Of a DNA stretch of 64,000 nt, positions 37,254 through 48,593 are shown in pieces. The notes beneath the pieces were generated by a model. It ran no database searches and had not been told where the DNA came from. It was given only the letters and a program-made list of their open reading frames with translations. The stretch comes from a virus (Duplodnaviria > Caudoviricetes), in IMG/VR virus record IMGVR_UViG_3300044658_000165, positions 3,622-67,621 of that record. One strand, 5' to 3'. The translations under genes were made by a program, and so were the position numbers. Each line of letters starts with the position of its first letter. Positions within the stretch are counted from its first letter, which is position 1.

Positions 37254-40200
37254 ATATCTCCTACAGATGTGTCTTTAATTTTTTTCTTTTGGGCCCGGGT
37301 CACTTTATTGGGATTCAACTGCACCTCTTTGGCATCGGTGGCATAAACAGCACCGGCAATCTGTGCAACCATGCCTTTCAACTCCTGCACATCAGCGCTC
37401 ACATTTCCAGCACCGGAAATATTCCCTCCATTTAAGTATGTACCTGCGGAGAAATACGGAGCCTTCAGCTGGCTCCCCAGCGCGCCACCCATCCCAAACT
37501 TGGCGACAGTTGCACCTGGTGAGAAGGAGATACCGCCGCCGATAGAATTGAGGGCAGAAGCAATCTGCGTATGGTTACCGGTGATGGTATATACCTTGTT
37601 TTTCGGTGCACTCTTTGTCCGGATCACTGATAACTCATCAACCTCAGCATTGTACGATTGGCCATTGAATTCAAAATCGGTACCGCCCTGCGAGTGTGGC
37701 AGGCCGCCAAACTTACCTCCGTTTACCGGTACTTCATCAGGTTTACCACCAAAGGCATACTTTAGTTTTTTCAGCAATCCACCCTGAGCGAACTGTTGTT
37801 TCTGGATCTGGGACCGCTGAAGAAGATAAAGAGCAGTGAGGCCCGCTACAGGAAGGAGGCCAAGCGGGAAGCCGAAGGTTGCGAATGTCTTTGTTACCGC
37901 TACAGCAAAATCTATAGTAGCCTGCTTTAGCGCATTCTGCTTCTTCTGCTCGGCAGCCTTCTTCTCGATCTCCTTTTGCTTCTGCGCATACTGCCGATCA
38001 ATGGCATCCTTTTCGGCTTGGCTATCGGCGCGGGCGAGGACTTGCTGCTTCTCCCGGTCCAAAGCTTCCTGCTGCTCCTGCTTGTCGCGATCGATGCGAG
38101 CATCCTGGTTTTTGAAATAGTTCTGGTAGGCATCATTAACAGCTGTTTTAATACTCTCCTGGGTGGCTTTTGTTGCATCTTCTACTCGTTGCTGTTCGCC
38201 GACTGCATCGTTTGAATACTTTTTAATACCAATAACCCCTTCAACGAACGAGTCCTTCAGTTCTTTTAGGGCATTAATAAAGCGCTGGGTGGCCGATACC
38301 TGCTCATCGGTAGTGACTTTATAAAGAGCAGCTTCTTTGGTTTTGTAATCCTCGAGCTTTTTCTGATATTCAGCTTCACTGATAAGCCGAGCATCATAAT
38401 ATATCTTTGCCTGATCTAAAGCAATTTTGGCCGCAGCGGCTTCATTGGCCAACTGAGTTTTGGTTGCGTCCTGTTCCACTTTAGCCAGGTTACGGGCCTT
38501 TTTGGTGTAGGAAGAATTCGATTCTAAAATGGCTATCGTCTGGTCAGCAACACGCTTTCGTAACTCTACCAGTTGACGATCAGCGGCTTCCTGGATATCT
38601 TTAAATCTAGCTTCAGGACCTTGCTGTTGTAAATTTTGCAAGTCCTTTAAGATCTTCTCAATAGCGTCTTTCCTACTTTTTTCATTGTCTATTGACTTAA
38701 TCGAATACAATTTTTCAATATCGATTTGCTTTTGATTAAAAACAATCCTGGACTGCAATAATTTGTTTTGATAATCTTCTTCTATCTTTAGCTTCTGTAC
38801 ATTAGACAGATTAGGGTTAAGTAAAGCAGTATCACGTTCTTTGGTAGCCGCCTGCTCTTCATCATGTAGGTTTTTCTCCAGCTGTTTGTTATCGATATCG
38901 AAAAGCTTTTGGTTGGCCTCACGCTTCGCCTGAATTTGCTTTTTTGTAGCATCGGCAACATCTTTCTCCAGTTCTCCATTAAAACGGGCAAGGGCCTTCT
39001 TATACTTCTGTTGAAATTCCTGAATGGTATCAATCTTCTGTTGCTCACCGTTGGTGGTAATGTCACGGACGCGCAGGTAGTAATCACGTTCAGAAATGAG
39101 GCCATCAGCCAGCTGCTGATCTAGAGCGTTCTTCTGCTCTGTCATGGCAGCATCTATTTCTTTCAACCGGTTGTCCAGTTTTTCTTTTTCAGGTGAACGG
39201 TGTGAGCCGCCGGAGCTGGATTTCGGTTTGATAAGTTCTTGTACCTTCTTCTGTAATTCCAGTAATTTTTTATATTCCTCGGACGTAACAGATGTAGCTT
39301 TCTTTTGAGCTTCTATCTTTTTCAATAATTCTTTAAAATCACCAGCGGTGCCATTATTATTTATTAGCCGATCAAATATTTGGAAAACAGTTTCACCAGC
39401 AGTCCCCCCTGACACTGGCGCCGTAATACTATCATCAAGCTTTTTTAAATCTGCCTCCGCCTGCAGTTGCACTTTCAGGTAATCCTGATAAACGCCAACA
39501 GCTTCATCTTCTTTTGCTTTCAGCTGACGGATAATACTATCAAAATTTTTCCTATCGAAAGAAAGACTTCCTTTTGTTGGATCGAATAAATTTCGTGTAA
39601 AATCTACGCCCTTTATATTTCTTAGCACTTGGGATTCTGCATCTGAAATTTGATCAGGAAGTAAGCCAATAGTCTGGCCCTTCTGTTGCGCGACTTCGAC
39701 CTCAACGCGTTGTCTTAATGTTTGGGCGACCACGATATTCTTCTGTTTTTCTGCTGATAAAGAAGCAGCAGCCTCAGCTCGTGCTTTTGCCTTTATAGAT
39801 TCAGTTACCTGTTTGTAAATAGCATCCAGCTTTTGCAGATCTATCGTTTGACCTTGTAGTACAGCCTGAAAAGCAGGGTTGATATCAATAAGCTTTTGTA
39901 ACGCTTGGCGTTTGGTATCGGCAGAAGTGGCGGCACTCTTTATAACAGCAACCCACCCGTCTATTTTGGATATTTGATCGTTCGTAGCTTCAGCAGCCTT
40001 TTTTGAAACTTCAGCATTGATTTGTTGTAACCTTATATATTCACTTAAACTACCGCGAGATTCCTCCAATCTTCTACCGAACGCAGCAAAAGCAGCCGCT
40101 AAAAGGGTTGCGACAGTTAAAATAACACCAAGGGGGCCACTTGTGGCTTTAACGGTAATGCCAAAAAAAGCAAGAGCCCTGGTAGCGATGGTGATAACAC

Positions 40201-42340
40201 CATTTGCAATAAACATTACCCCATTATAAGCAGCTTGCGCAACGGTTAACGCACCAAGGGCAACATAACTGGCACCAATTGCCAAATTATATCCGATGAC
40301 ACGTGCATTCAAAAGGATTAACTGCGCATTCTGTACCGACCAATTCACTGCCAAGAGACTACCTAATGCTAATAAAGCTGGGATATTATTAATTAAAAAT
40401 AATATAGCCGTTGCAATAGCATTTAGTGTTATTTGAAACCCCTTTGAAGTACCCAACAGCTCAAATTTCTTTTTTATATTATCGAGGGTAGCAGCAAAGG
40501 TATTTTGTTTAATCTCATTTGCAGCCACAATTGAAGCCTGATCACCGAAAGCAGCATTGGCATCCTTTATTCGTTTGCGCATGTAATCTGCATTACCTGC
40601 AATATCCCCGAGTACGCCGACAACACGAGCTCCATGGATACCCGCCTGGTCAAATGCCTGGGCAACTTCATCCAGTCCAGCTTTATTATTTTTAAGTCCG
40701 GCGGCCAGCTGGACCAATGCTTCAACAGGATTTTCTGTTACAGTCTTTGTGAACTCAGCAACACTTTTTCCCGCAAACCCGGCATATTTAGGAATATCAC
40801 CGAATAATTTAACAATTAACTGAGAACCAGCCGTACCGGCTACCTCAGATCGTTGGCCCAATTCTTGAAGAGCGGCCCCCAAACCAAGCACATTCTGGAT
40901 TGAAACACCGGTGATACCGCGTACACCAGCCAAGCGCTCAGCAAAGTTGATAAGGAAGTCGCCGGTTGCCACACCAGATGAGGTAAGTTTCTGAATTGCT
41001 GCACCAATATCACCGATATTCTTAGCAGTCACGTGCTTATCCTCAGAATATACATTCACCAGCTTCACCATGGAGGCTATTGCTTCGTGTGGGTCACCAA
41101 CTTCTTTACCGAGTACAACGAATAACTGATCCAGCGCCTGGGTAACACCGGCAATTTCCTCTTTGGCAACTCCCTTTTTAGCGACGATGGTAGAAATATC
41201 AACAAGTTGCTGTAAGGAGGTACGGGTAGGAATTTTTTTAAGGCTCTCTACCAAGTTATCAACATCCTGCTTCGATCCATGCAGGAAAATCTGCAGCTGG
41301 GCGAAACTATCGCTCAATTCTGCGTTCAATTCCACGCTTTTTTGGAACTGATTGAATGCTGCGAAGAACCCGACGTATGTTAAGGCGAATTGAGCGATGG
41401 AATTCTTCAAATTCTTAAAACCTTCATTGATACTGGTTGTGATTTGTTGGCCCACACCACCTACACCTTTCAATTGAACCTCTGCCTCAGCAACCGACTT
41501 CCTCAAATTCTGGGTTTCAACAACGTTATCATGTATTTCTTTCTCCAGCTTATTTAAATCAGCGCTTCCCTCCTGTTGCGCCTGGCGATAAGCCACAACC
41601 AGATCCTTTGTTTTTTGCTCCAAAGTAGAAAGTTGCTGTTTTGCGCCGTTGACCTGATTCTTAATGATATCGTCAATATTCAATTGCTTAAATGCATTCA
41701 CAATACCCGATTCGTACTCCCCTACCAGGGTGCCATCTTTTGTAAATTGCCGGCGGAAATCCTGTTCAGCCGCTGAAAGGCGTTTATATTCAGCGATAGC
41801 CTGATCGAAATTGAAGGTCTGCCCATTGGCAGATAGAGTTGAACCGCTGTTTGAATTTTTCAATACCGCGTATAGATCCTGCGCAGCTTTTTTAATGGCA
41901 TTATACGAGCCCGGTTCTGCATCGAGCAGTTGCTTTTTCTTCTGAAGCTCCTGCTGCTCCTTCTTTTCCCGGTCGATCATGCGATCAAGCTCCTTTTCCT
42001 GATCTATTTGCGATTTTATTCTTTCTCGATCAGCCTTAGCATCCTTTAATTTAGCGGCAGCCAATTTATCCGTAATATCTGCAGCAAGCTTCTCGTCTGC
42101 TTGTGCTTTCTTCCGCTCTTGACCCAGCGATTTCATCTTGGCTTCCAGGTCGGCGATCTTAGCAGTCAGGGAAGAAATTGCTCCGGGGTCAGCTTTAGTA
42201 GAAACAAGTTCAGCCAGCTCGCCTTTTGCCTTTGCAATAGCATTGGCCATAGAGGACATGGCGGTTTTAATAGATGTAAGATCTTTCTCTACATCCTTAC
42301 CACCGGTTAATTCTATGCGGAAAACTTTGGTTAAGGCCAT
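37250..42340 (-). CDS. tape measure protein
   Basis: 1696 aa, helical; TP901-like block SFAQLQIFLHGSKQDVDNL...; hydrophobic mid-region; C-terminal GGLPHSQGG. Confidence 0.92.
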   Translation of the reverse strand: MALTKVFRIELTGGKDVEKDLTSIKTAMSSMANAIAKAKGELAELVSTKADPGAISSLTAKIADLEAKMKSLGQERKKAQADEKLAADITDKLAAAKLKDAKADRERIKSQIDQEKELDRMIDREKKEQQELQKKKQLLDAEPGSYNAIKKAAQDLYAVLKNSNSGSTLSANGQTFNFDQAIAEYKRLSAAEQDFRRQFTKDGTLVGEYESGIVNAFKQLNIDDIIKNQVNGAKQQLSTLEQKTKDLVVAYRQAQQEGSADLNKLEKEIHDNVVETQNLRKSVAEAEVQLKGVGGVGQQITTSINEGFKNLKNSIAQFALTYVGFFAAFNQFQKSVELNAELSDSFAQLQIFLHGSKQDVDNLVESLKKIPTRTSLQQLVDISTIVAKKGVAKEEIAGVTQALDQLFVVLGKEVGDPHEAIASMVKLVNVYSEDKHVTAKNIGDIGAAIQKLTSSGVATGDFLINFAERLAGVRGITGVSIQNVLGLGAALQELGQRSEVAGTAGSQLIVKLFGDIPKYAGFAGKSVAEFTKTVTENPVEALVQLAAGLKNNKAGLDEVAQAFDQAGIHGARVVGVLGDIAGNADYMRKRIKDANAAFGDQASIVAANEIKQNTFAATLDNIKKKFELLGTSKGFQITLNAIATAILFLINNIPALLALGSLLAVNWSVQNAQLILLNARVIGYNLAIGASYVALGALTVAQAAYNGVMFIANGVITIATRALAFFGITVKATSGPLGVILTVATLLAAAFAAFGRRLEESRGSLSEYIRLQQINAEVSKKAAEATNDQISKIDGWVAVIKSAATSADTKRQALQKLIDINPAFQAVLQGQTIDLQKLDAIYKQVTESIKAKARAEAAASLSAEKQKNIVVAQTLRQRVEVEVAQQKGQTIGLLPDQISDAESQVLRNIKGVDFTRNLFDPTKGSLSFDRKNFDSIIRQLKAKEDEAVGVYQDYLKVQLQAEADLKKLDDSITAPVSGGTAGETVFQIFDRLINNNGTAGDFKELLKKIEAQKKATSVTSEEYKKLLELQKKVQELIKPKSSSGGSHRSPEKEKLDNRLKEIDAAMTEQKNALDQQLADGLISERDYYLRVRDITTNGEQQKIDTIQEFQQKYKKALARFNGELEKDVADATKKQIQAKREANQKLFDIDNKQLEKNLHDEEQAATKERDTALLNPNLSNVQKLKIEEDYQNKLLQSRIVFNQKQIDIEKLYSIKSIDNEKSRKDAIEKILKDLQNLQQQGPEARFKDIQEAADRQLVELRKRVADQTIAILESNSSYTKKARNLAKVEQDATKTQLANEAAAAKIALDQAKIYYDARLISEAEYQKKLEDYKTKEAALYKVTTDEQVSATQRFINALKELKDSFVEGVIGIKKYSNDAVGEQQRVEDATKATQESIKTAVNDAYQNYFKNQDARIDRDKQEQQEALDREKQQVLARADSQAEKDAIDRQYAQKQKEIEKKAAEQKKQNALKQATIDFAVAVTKTFATFGFPLGLLPVAGLTALYLLQRSQIQKQQFAQGGLLKKLKYAFGGKPDEVPVNGGKFGGLPHSQGGTDFEFNGQSYNAEVDELSVIRTKSAPKNKVYTITGNHTQIASALNSIGGGISFSPGATVAKFGMGGALGSQLKAPYFSAGTYLNGGNISGAGNVSADVQELKGMVAQIAGAVYATDAKEVQLNPNKVTRAQKKKIKDTSVGDI

Positions 42341-42341
42341 A

Positions 42342-44675
42342 TTATTGAGGTATGTCAGAGGTTAATAAAAGGTGTGGCCAGTATTTCACATCGAAAGAAT
42401 TACTGGTCCCATGGTTCTGGATACTTTGGATCGACGGGTAACTGGTATCGGCATCCTTTGTAGATACCGGCATGAACTCCCACATATTACATTCCGTACT
42501 TTGGTCAGGTTCCAATGGGTTATAGTTTTGAATGGACGTGAGCAGGTATTCCATGTAGTCAATTATAATACTCTCACGGTGCAGGAAGTTGGCCACATCA
42601 TTATTATTCAGCATTATGTTGATGGGCTCATACCGACGACCATTGCGCAGGATGGCCATTCGCTGCAAATAGAACTTTTTCAATAGGCCTTTTGCGATCA
42701 CGCCGCCAATCAGCTGGTCACTGTAAGAAAGCACAGGATCATTCTGGCCACCAGGTTTATAATTCACAGCAAAAAGGAATGGTAACGTTGAATAATTGGC
42801 GCCATTGAACACCCAGCCACCGAAACCGGTTACATTTCCTTTGTACCACACCCGCTTTGGATTATAGATGTTCTCGCTCTCGCTGCTGGATGTGTTACTG
42901 ATGTTCTCCGGGATGATGGCGACCATCTGCGGCGCCACGCCGGTAACAAACTGGAATTTCTTGTTTTCATAATGCATCACGGGGCTGTAAAACCGGTTTT
43001 CCTGCTCCTTCTTTTCAGCCTTATAACGCTCAGGCAGCACATATTTGGCCATGCCAATGGTGGTCTGGTTGCGATCCTGAACCTTTTTCAGGCCACCATC
43101 ATTGTTGTCATCCTGGAACTTGAACACCAGTTCACGCTCGTAATCACTGAACAGCTTCAGATCGCTTTCAACGCTTATATCCACCTTTTGAGACCAATCG
43201 AGTTGCTTCCGGTTATAATAACCTGGATAATGAGTGCCATTGATCTCATATCCATGGGTAGGCTCGATGTACACTTCCTTCTTGATAGGATCGGTCTGTA
43301 TAGATAGGTCGAAGAAATCGATCTCACCGCGCAGAAGATCAAGCCATTTATAGTTTTTGAATTTAGTGTAATTGTTTTTCAGATCGATCGTCGCTCCATC
43401 GGTCAATTTTACAAAGTTGATTTGAAAAGCATCAACCTTAACATCCTGCCGGGCAAAGCCGGTTCCGGTTTGGTTTAAGTATATCTTAATACGGGCGCCA
43501 ACCCAATCGCCAGGTACCATATCAGTCTCGAAAAAATGTTCTGTGAATCCAGCGGATTGGCGGGTACCAACTGCAGGAGCACTCGCCTGGAATGCGTACT
43601 CATTAGATACGTTCGCGCCATTCTTAAACCAGTAAACCTGCAGATTTGCATCACTATTCTGTTGAACCTTATAATCCCAACTAAGCTGAAGAGAGAAATT
43701 GATACGGACTTTACCCAATACTAAATTGGATGGCGCAGTAGGATATTGCCACATCAACATGAACGGCAAAGTGCTGGCGCCGTTTGTATAGGTAAAGAGG
43801 CCATTATTGTCGAACGTGCCGGGGATACTGCCATCAGCTTTAACGGACAAATCAGGATATTCATCATGATGATCGCCCTGAAACCGCTGACTTTGTGCCT
43901 GGGCCGCCAGGAACTTAAACGGCTCCCACCGGCTGTCATCGAGGAAGTCAAAGCCGCCCCAAGTCCAGACCAACAATGAACGGCGGTAATAGTCGGTATC
44001 CATGAACTGACTGACTATGCGATAACCGAGTGATTTGAAACCGCGCCACAGAAGCCAGTAAATGCTGATCGATGGTTTAAGGTCATTGAGAAGTACATTG
44101 TCATCCAGTGGCTGCGGGTTTGGATTATCTTGAGTTGGCTGAGGGTATTCACCGAACGGCTTGCGGTACCTGATAGGTGCATATACAAAGTCAGTTGCCT
44201 CATTGCGCCCATCGAAATTCCAGCTGGCGATAACAGTATTTACATCGAAGGTGTGAAGCCTGGGGTTAATGAAATCAGAAAGGGTCTTTTCTTTCATATC
44301 GATTACCCAATCTCCATTGAGGCCATATGCTTTGCCTTTATACTTTTCCGGCCGACCGTTCTTCTTAATAGCATTTGTTGGCAGGTACTTCCCTATTAAC
44401 AACTCCATTCCATTGCCAATATATCGGAAGGGTTGAAAGTTGTCGTATACCTGGGCGGCAGTGCTGTCCCGGACGGATGGATTGTGAAGGGTATTGTGAA
44501 TCTGATCGTTAATCAGAGTACTGGGCAGTTCAATATCGAAGGACTCGGCTGACTTCTTTTGCTCAAAGTCATCTTCATTTTCCAACTGATAGCTGATGGT
44601 GGGCACCTGACCCTGCGGATCAATGTCGGCCTTCTGCCCACCGATAAACAATTCTATGTAATTGCTTCGGCTCAT
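42342..44675 (-). CDS. tail tip/baseplate hub protein
   Basis: 777 aa; IELFIGGQKADI and SFDIELPST N-terminal pattern. Confidence 0.65.
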   Translation of the reverse strand: MSRSNYIELFIGGQKADIDPQGQVPTISYQLENEDDFEQKKSAESFDIELPSTLINDQIHNTLHNPSVRDSTAAQVYDNFQPFRYIGNGMELLIGKYLPTNAIKKNGRPEKYKGKAYGLNGDWVIDMKEKTLSDFINPRLHTFDVNTVIASWNFDGRNEATDFVYAPIRYRKPFGEYPQPTQDNPNPQPLDDNVLLNDLKPSISIYWLLWRGFKSLGYRIVSQFMDTDYYRRSLLVWTWGGFDFLDDSRWEPFKFLAAQAQSQRFQGDHHDEYPDLSVKADGSIPGTFDNNGLFTYTNGASTLPFMLMWQYPTAPSNLVLGKVRINFSLQLSWDYKVQQNSDANLQVYWFKNGANVSNEYAFQASAPAVGTRQSAGFTEHFFETDMVPGDWVGARIKIYLNQTGTGFARQDVKVDAFQINFVKLTDGATIDLKNNYTKFKNYKWLDLLRGEIDFFDLSIQTDPIKKEVYIEPTHGYEINGTHYPGYYNRKQLDWSQKVDISVESDLKLFSDYERELVFKFQDDNNDGGLKKVQDRNQTTIGMAKYVLPERYKAEKKEQENRFYSPVMHYENKKFQFVTGVAPQMVAIIPENISNTSSSESENIYNPKRVWYKGNVTGFGGWVFNGANYSTLPFLFAVNYKPGGQNDPVLSYSDQLIGGVIAKGLLKKFYLQRMAILRNGRRYEPINIMLNNNDVANFLHRESIIIDYMEYLLTSIQNYNPLEPDQSTECNMWEFMPVSTKDADTSYPSIQSIQNHGTSNSFDVKYWPHLLLTSDIPQ

Positions 44676-45247
44676 TAGTTACGAAGGATAATTTTATCGT
44701 TTGCAAATGCCAGTTCAATCTGCACCACATATTGATATCTCTCTTCAAACTTGCGTGTGCTATACTTCCCGTCTTTAATTACAACCGGGATATAATCATC
44801 ATCCTGACCTTGTGTACCAATCCATTGAATCCAGGCATTGGGTGTATCCATCAACTCTTTCAGCCAGGCCTGGTCATCTTCACCAAAGCAGGTATTGAAG
44901 CCAACCCAGCTGTCGTTACTGGTGACATTAAACCGCTGGGTGCCACCGTCCCATTTAGCCAGCGGGTATGCGTTCGGTTTCTTCCAACTCGAACTGACCG
45001 TTTCATGCTCCTCAGTCATCAGCCGGAAATTGACAGCATCGATCCCACCAACGTAATTCACGAAGAACAACCGGAAAGTATCCTCGTTACAGCAGCAGGA
45101 CCGGTTAAACCGGTTTGTGGTCGCTATAGTATCCAATGTGTTCTGGTCCCGGATTTCAAGGTAATATTCATCCACCTGGCTGAAGTCAACACCGGGAAAG
45201 ATACTTTGCAAGTTTTTAGGCCCGGATGGAAGGAGAAAGGTAACCAT
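44675..45247 (-). CDS. tail protein (distal-tail-like)
   Basis: FVNYVGGID, WLKELMDTP motifs; coupled stop/start. Confidence 0.6.
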   Translation of the reverse strand: MVTFLLPSGPKNLQSIFPGVDFSQVDEYYLEIRDQNTLDTIATTNRFNRSCCCNEDTFRLFFVNYVGGIDAVNFRLMTEEHETVSSSWKKPNAYPLAKWDGGTQRFNVTSNDSWVGFNTCFGEDDQAWLKELMDTPNAWIQWIGTQGQDDDYIPVVIKDGKYSTRKFEERYQYVVQIELAFANDKIILRN

Positions 45248-47166
45248 TAGTAGTTGCTTATGTTGATGTTTACAATATTTTGGTATGTTCCAGGGATCGG
45301 AGTAGCTACATTATTCTGCACATCAAAGGTTGCCACCTGAGTATTCCCACTGATATCAACATACGTCACCGTACATTTAATCACACCGGTTGTGTTACCA
45401 GGATCCAGCGTCTTTGCGATGACTGTTATGGCCCACACTTTGTTTTTTGCCAGCGGGTAGGTCAGCTGGTAGCCGCCAGCTTGAGTATCTGCGTATAGAC
45501 CTGTATTGTAATTGACGCTTGGAGGGTCCGAAAGAAACAGTCGAAGAGAACGCATATTTACATTGGATATTGAAAGGCCATACCCAAAGGTTACTGTGCT
45601 TATGTCTGGGCCATTGGGACAGGTAGCTGTATCTGAAACTGGTGCTATGTAATCAGGATCACTAATGACATTCGGCTTTGTAACGCCCGTTGGAATGTTG
45701 GTGGTGGTATTATACTCCTGTAAATCATTGAATCCCTTTTCCCCTGTATTGCCACCCGTTAATTGCTTATCGGGATAAGGATAATAAGTGTGAGTAGTTA
45801 CTGTGCTCGAAATAATATCAGGATAAGGGTTGTAAGCATAATTCTCATCCTTAGTGTGAACCTCACCCAACAGTACTTCGGTGCTGTTTACATCAACATT
45901 ATATGTTGATACCGTTTGCGTTTGGCTGTGCACCGAGAAATAGTCAATAAAATTATCGCTGAAAACGAAAATCTTTAACCCTACCTGATTAACCGTAACC
46001 GGGTTCAGCAAGTTGGCATCGCTGAAAAACATTGCATAAAGGTTGCCCTTTGTTACTACCAGCCGGGAAATAGGGTCTGTATTATTGGGGTAATCAGTTG
46101 TTTCAGTTGTAATATTACGGACCTCCAGCTTCACATAAACTGCAGGTGAAAAGCTTTGCACTACACAGAAAGGATTGATACCGCGCCAGGCCAGGTTCAC
46201 CGTTGTGCCGCTCAGGGTAAATGTGTGCGCTACAGGACTTGAAGAAAGACAGGGAGTGCAAAATGTAATCACCCGGATATCGTAGTCGCCGGCAATATTA
46301 TTTCCATTCACATAGAAATAGAAATCCTGAGTAGCATAAGATCCGGCAGTTATCCAAACTAAGTCCGCTTGCTTTTTATACTGAACCATCACAGTCTGGC
46401 CCGCGGGTAAGGCTGTGGCCATGTGAACAGAAACCTTATTACCTGTTACAGTTGGCGTAAAGCCAATACCGGCACAGGTATTAATGTCCTGGGCGGTGTC
46501 CTGACTAAAGGAGGTTTGACCCTTCAGCCGATAATGCAGTATTATATCAGCGGAAACACAATCACCGGTAAATACGAGTGGGAAATGATCGCTGTCATTA
46601 TCACAGAAGTAATACCGGTTACGGTGAGTGAGCGGAAAGGCGTTCGCAGCCCATGTTCCCTGCTTATACGCATCCAGATGCAGCGCCAGGTTCTGGTTAT
46701 CCTCGTGCTGCAGGGCTGAATTGATGGCGAAGAAAGTATTGGATTGAGTACCGGTACCAGCAACTGCTGCAGTAAACTTCGTACCCTGTACTGGCGCCGT
46801 TGCCTCTTCAACCGTGAAGCCATCCGCATCGATATCACTGGATCTGAATCGGCAGTATACCTTTGCGCTGGAGTGCGGCGCCTTCAGTAAGTTATTGTTG
46901 TTGATGGTGGCCAGATCCGCTTGCATGTACTCCTGCAGCGCATCGCTAATATTGAACAGAAATACACTATATGTGCTGGCAATGCTTTCGGGCGCGGTCC
47001 GGATTAGGGATTTATAATAAACGTCAGCCAGGTAAATGTCGCAAACAACAAAAGGCGGCGTTATTCCCCCACCGGTGGCCGTGGCCTGAACCTTTAACAT
47101 TATAGGACGATAAGCCGCTATCAGTTGGCCGGTAGCGGGTTGATATGGTATTGACGTTACTGGCAT
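45247..47166 (-). CDS. tail protein with FN3/Ig-like domain
   Basis: AYRPI N-terminus; VQYKKQADLVW...YDIRVITFC FN3-like segment. Confidence 0.65.
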   Translation of the reverse strand: MPVTSIPYQPATGQLIAAYRPIMLKVQATATGGGITPPFVVCDIYLADVYYKSLIRTAPESIASTYSVFLFNISDALQEYMQADLATINNNNLLKAPHSSAKVYCRFRSSDIDADGFTVEEATAPVQGTKFTAAVAGTGTQSNTFFAINSALQHEDNQNLALHLDAYKQGTWAANAFPLTHRNRYYFCDNDSDHFPLVFTGDCVSADIILHYRLKGQTSFSQDTAQDINTCAGIGFTPTVTGNKVSVHMATALPAGQTVMVQYKKQADLVWITAGSYATQDFYFYVNGNNIAGDYDIRVITFCTPCLSSSPVAHTFTLSGTTVNLAWRGINPFCVVQSFSPAVYVKLEVRNITTETTDYPNNTDPISRLVVTKGNLYAMFFSDANLLNPVTVNQVGLKIFVFSDNFIDYFSVHSQTQTVSTYNVDVNSTEVLLGEVHTKDENYAYNPYPDIISSTVTTHTYYPYPDKQLTGGNTGEKGFNDLQEYNTTTNIPTGVTKPNVISDPDYIAPVSDTATCPNGPDISTVTFGYGLSISNVNMRSLRLFLSDPPSVNYNTGLYADTQAGGYQLTYPLAKNKVWAITVIAKTLDPGNTTGVIKCTVTYVDISGNTQVATFDVQNNVATPIPGTYQNIVNINISNY

Positions 47167-47658
47167 TTAGAAAAAAGTTTGGTCGAAGGTTTTATCGATG
47201 AATTGATCGAGCTCATTGCTCACGCCGGTTTCCAACAGCTGGTCGTATTCACTCTCATGTTTATTGTAAGCCTCCACATTGGCGAATAACCGCTCGCCGG
47301 TAGAACTATACTGGTATGAATTCTTTGTCGGCATACCCTCTTTGGACTGTTTACGAAGAATAGCTATCGCTGCTTTAATGGCCGCCTTACCCGAAAGACC
47401 GAAGCGCTTCTCGGCGTACTTTGTCATCCCGGCGATATTTGATTGATCGATGTGTTCCGGTGGTACGCCCTCAAATAGATCATCCGCATAATCCAGGGCA
47501 CCCATTTCGATTATTGATGTATTGCCTGACGTGGTTTGTTTGGAAACAATAGAGGCCTCCAGCGCACCGGTCAGGTAGTGGCCCTGGGCGCGGAGCTCCT
47601 GCTTCAGGTTACCCTCGAGTTCGATTTCAATTCGTTTTATGGTGGCGTCGCCGATCAT
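47167..47658 (-). CDS. neck protein (HK97 gp10-like)
   Basis: TGALEASI motif, 163 aa. Confidence 0.55.
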   Translation of the reverse strand: MIGDATIKRIEIELEGNLKQELRAQGHYLTGALEASIVSKQTTSGNTSIIEMGALDYADDLFEGVPPEHIDQSNIAGMTKYAEKRFGLSGKAAIKAAIAILRKQSKEGMPTKNSYQYSSTGERLFANVEAYNKHESEYDQLLETGVSNELDQFIDKTFDQTFF

Positions 47659-48068
47659 GAATGAATGGGTTCAATTTCCAAAATAGTGGATTGAAAATAT
47701 TCACGAACCTTTTCCCAATCAACAAAAGGACGCTCACCATTCTCATAAATTAAAGGTGTACCAAGGCCTGCATCATCAATATATAGGTGGGCGTAAACCT
47801 TTGAGGAAGATGTCCAGCTCTTTTGATTTGGATTGCAGTTAATTCCATATAAATTAATTCCCCGTTCAACAAACCAGTTAACTGCATCAGTTAAAAAATT
47901 ACCTTTCGGGCCATCACTACGCATAGTATTTAACACCAGTTTAAATCCAGCATTTTGCAGTGCTTTTAAAACAGTTATACAGTTAGGTACTTCATCACCT
48001 ATCTGAGGGAACCGATGTTTTACAACAGTACCATCGAAATCGACAGCTATAACATAATTTTCTTTCAT
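47655..48068 (-). CDS. HAD-superfamily phosphatase
   Basis: IAVDFDGT, LNTMR, KVYAHLYIDD. Confidence 0.85.
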   Translation of the reverse strand: MKENYVIAVDFDGTVVKHRFPQIGDEVPNCITVLKALQNAGFKLVLNTMRSDGPKGNFLTDAVNWFVERGINLYGINCNPNQKSWTSSSKVYAHLYIDDAGLGTPLIYENGERPFVDWEKVREYFQSTILEIEPIHS

Positions 48069-48340
48069 ATTTGTTGTAGTGAGTTATATTCTTTTTCAAC
48101 CTCCACCAGGTAGGGGCTCAACTTTTTCCAGTTGTCCAGAATGTTCTGTAAGCAGATCGGGCAGTTATCTTTTTTAATACCGTCCGGATCGATGTAAATG
48201 AAATAAGCCTCCCAAAGCATTTTATATGCATCGTTGCCCATGGTGGCGGTGGCCACCGGCAACCATTGAGTAATGATCTTCTGCCGATATTCATGGGGCA
48301 CGGATTCGGCGATTTTCTTCATACTACTCATGGAACTCAA
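48065..48340 (-). CDS. hypothetical protein (CPIC)
   Basis: Overlapping operon arrangement. Confidence 0.65.
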   Translation of the reverse strand: MSSMSSMKKIAESVPHEYRQKIITQWLPVATATMGNDAYKMLWEAYFIYIDPDGIKKDNCPICLQNILDNWKKLSPYLVEVEKEYNSLQQI

Positions 48341-48593
48341 ATTTTACGTTATACTTTTCACCGGCCTTGCGGATCAGCTTGTGAGCCTTCCAAGTCGGGT
48401 ACTTTTTGCCTAAGCGCATGAACTCGTCTGCTATCAGTTTTCTTTTTTCTTCTGGAATATCGGTAGCAGCCTCGAGTTCTTTCAATTGAAGGTCCCGATT
48501 GTTTGGTTTCGGCTCTTTTGGTATTGGCTTGCCATCACATCCTAAATTGTATTCAGGCAATTTTACATTGCATAAAGAATTGCTATTCATCAA
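48324..48593 (-). CDS. hypothetical protein
   Basis: Overlapping operon arrangement. Confidence 0.6.
   Translation of the reverse strand: MMNSNSLCNVKLPEYNLGCDGKPIPKEPKPNNRDLQLKELEAATDIPEEKRKLIADEFMRLGKKYPTWKAHKLIRKAGEKYNVKFEFHE

Noticed and set aside
33482-47658. Contractile tail
   Set aside because: No sheath or baseplate wedge genes; long TMP and G/GT chaperone fit a siphovirus.
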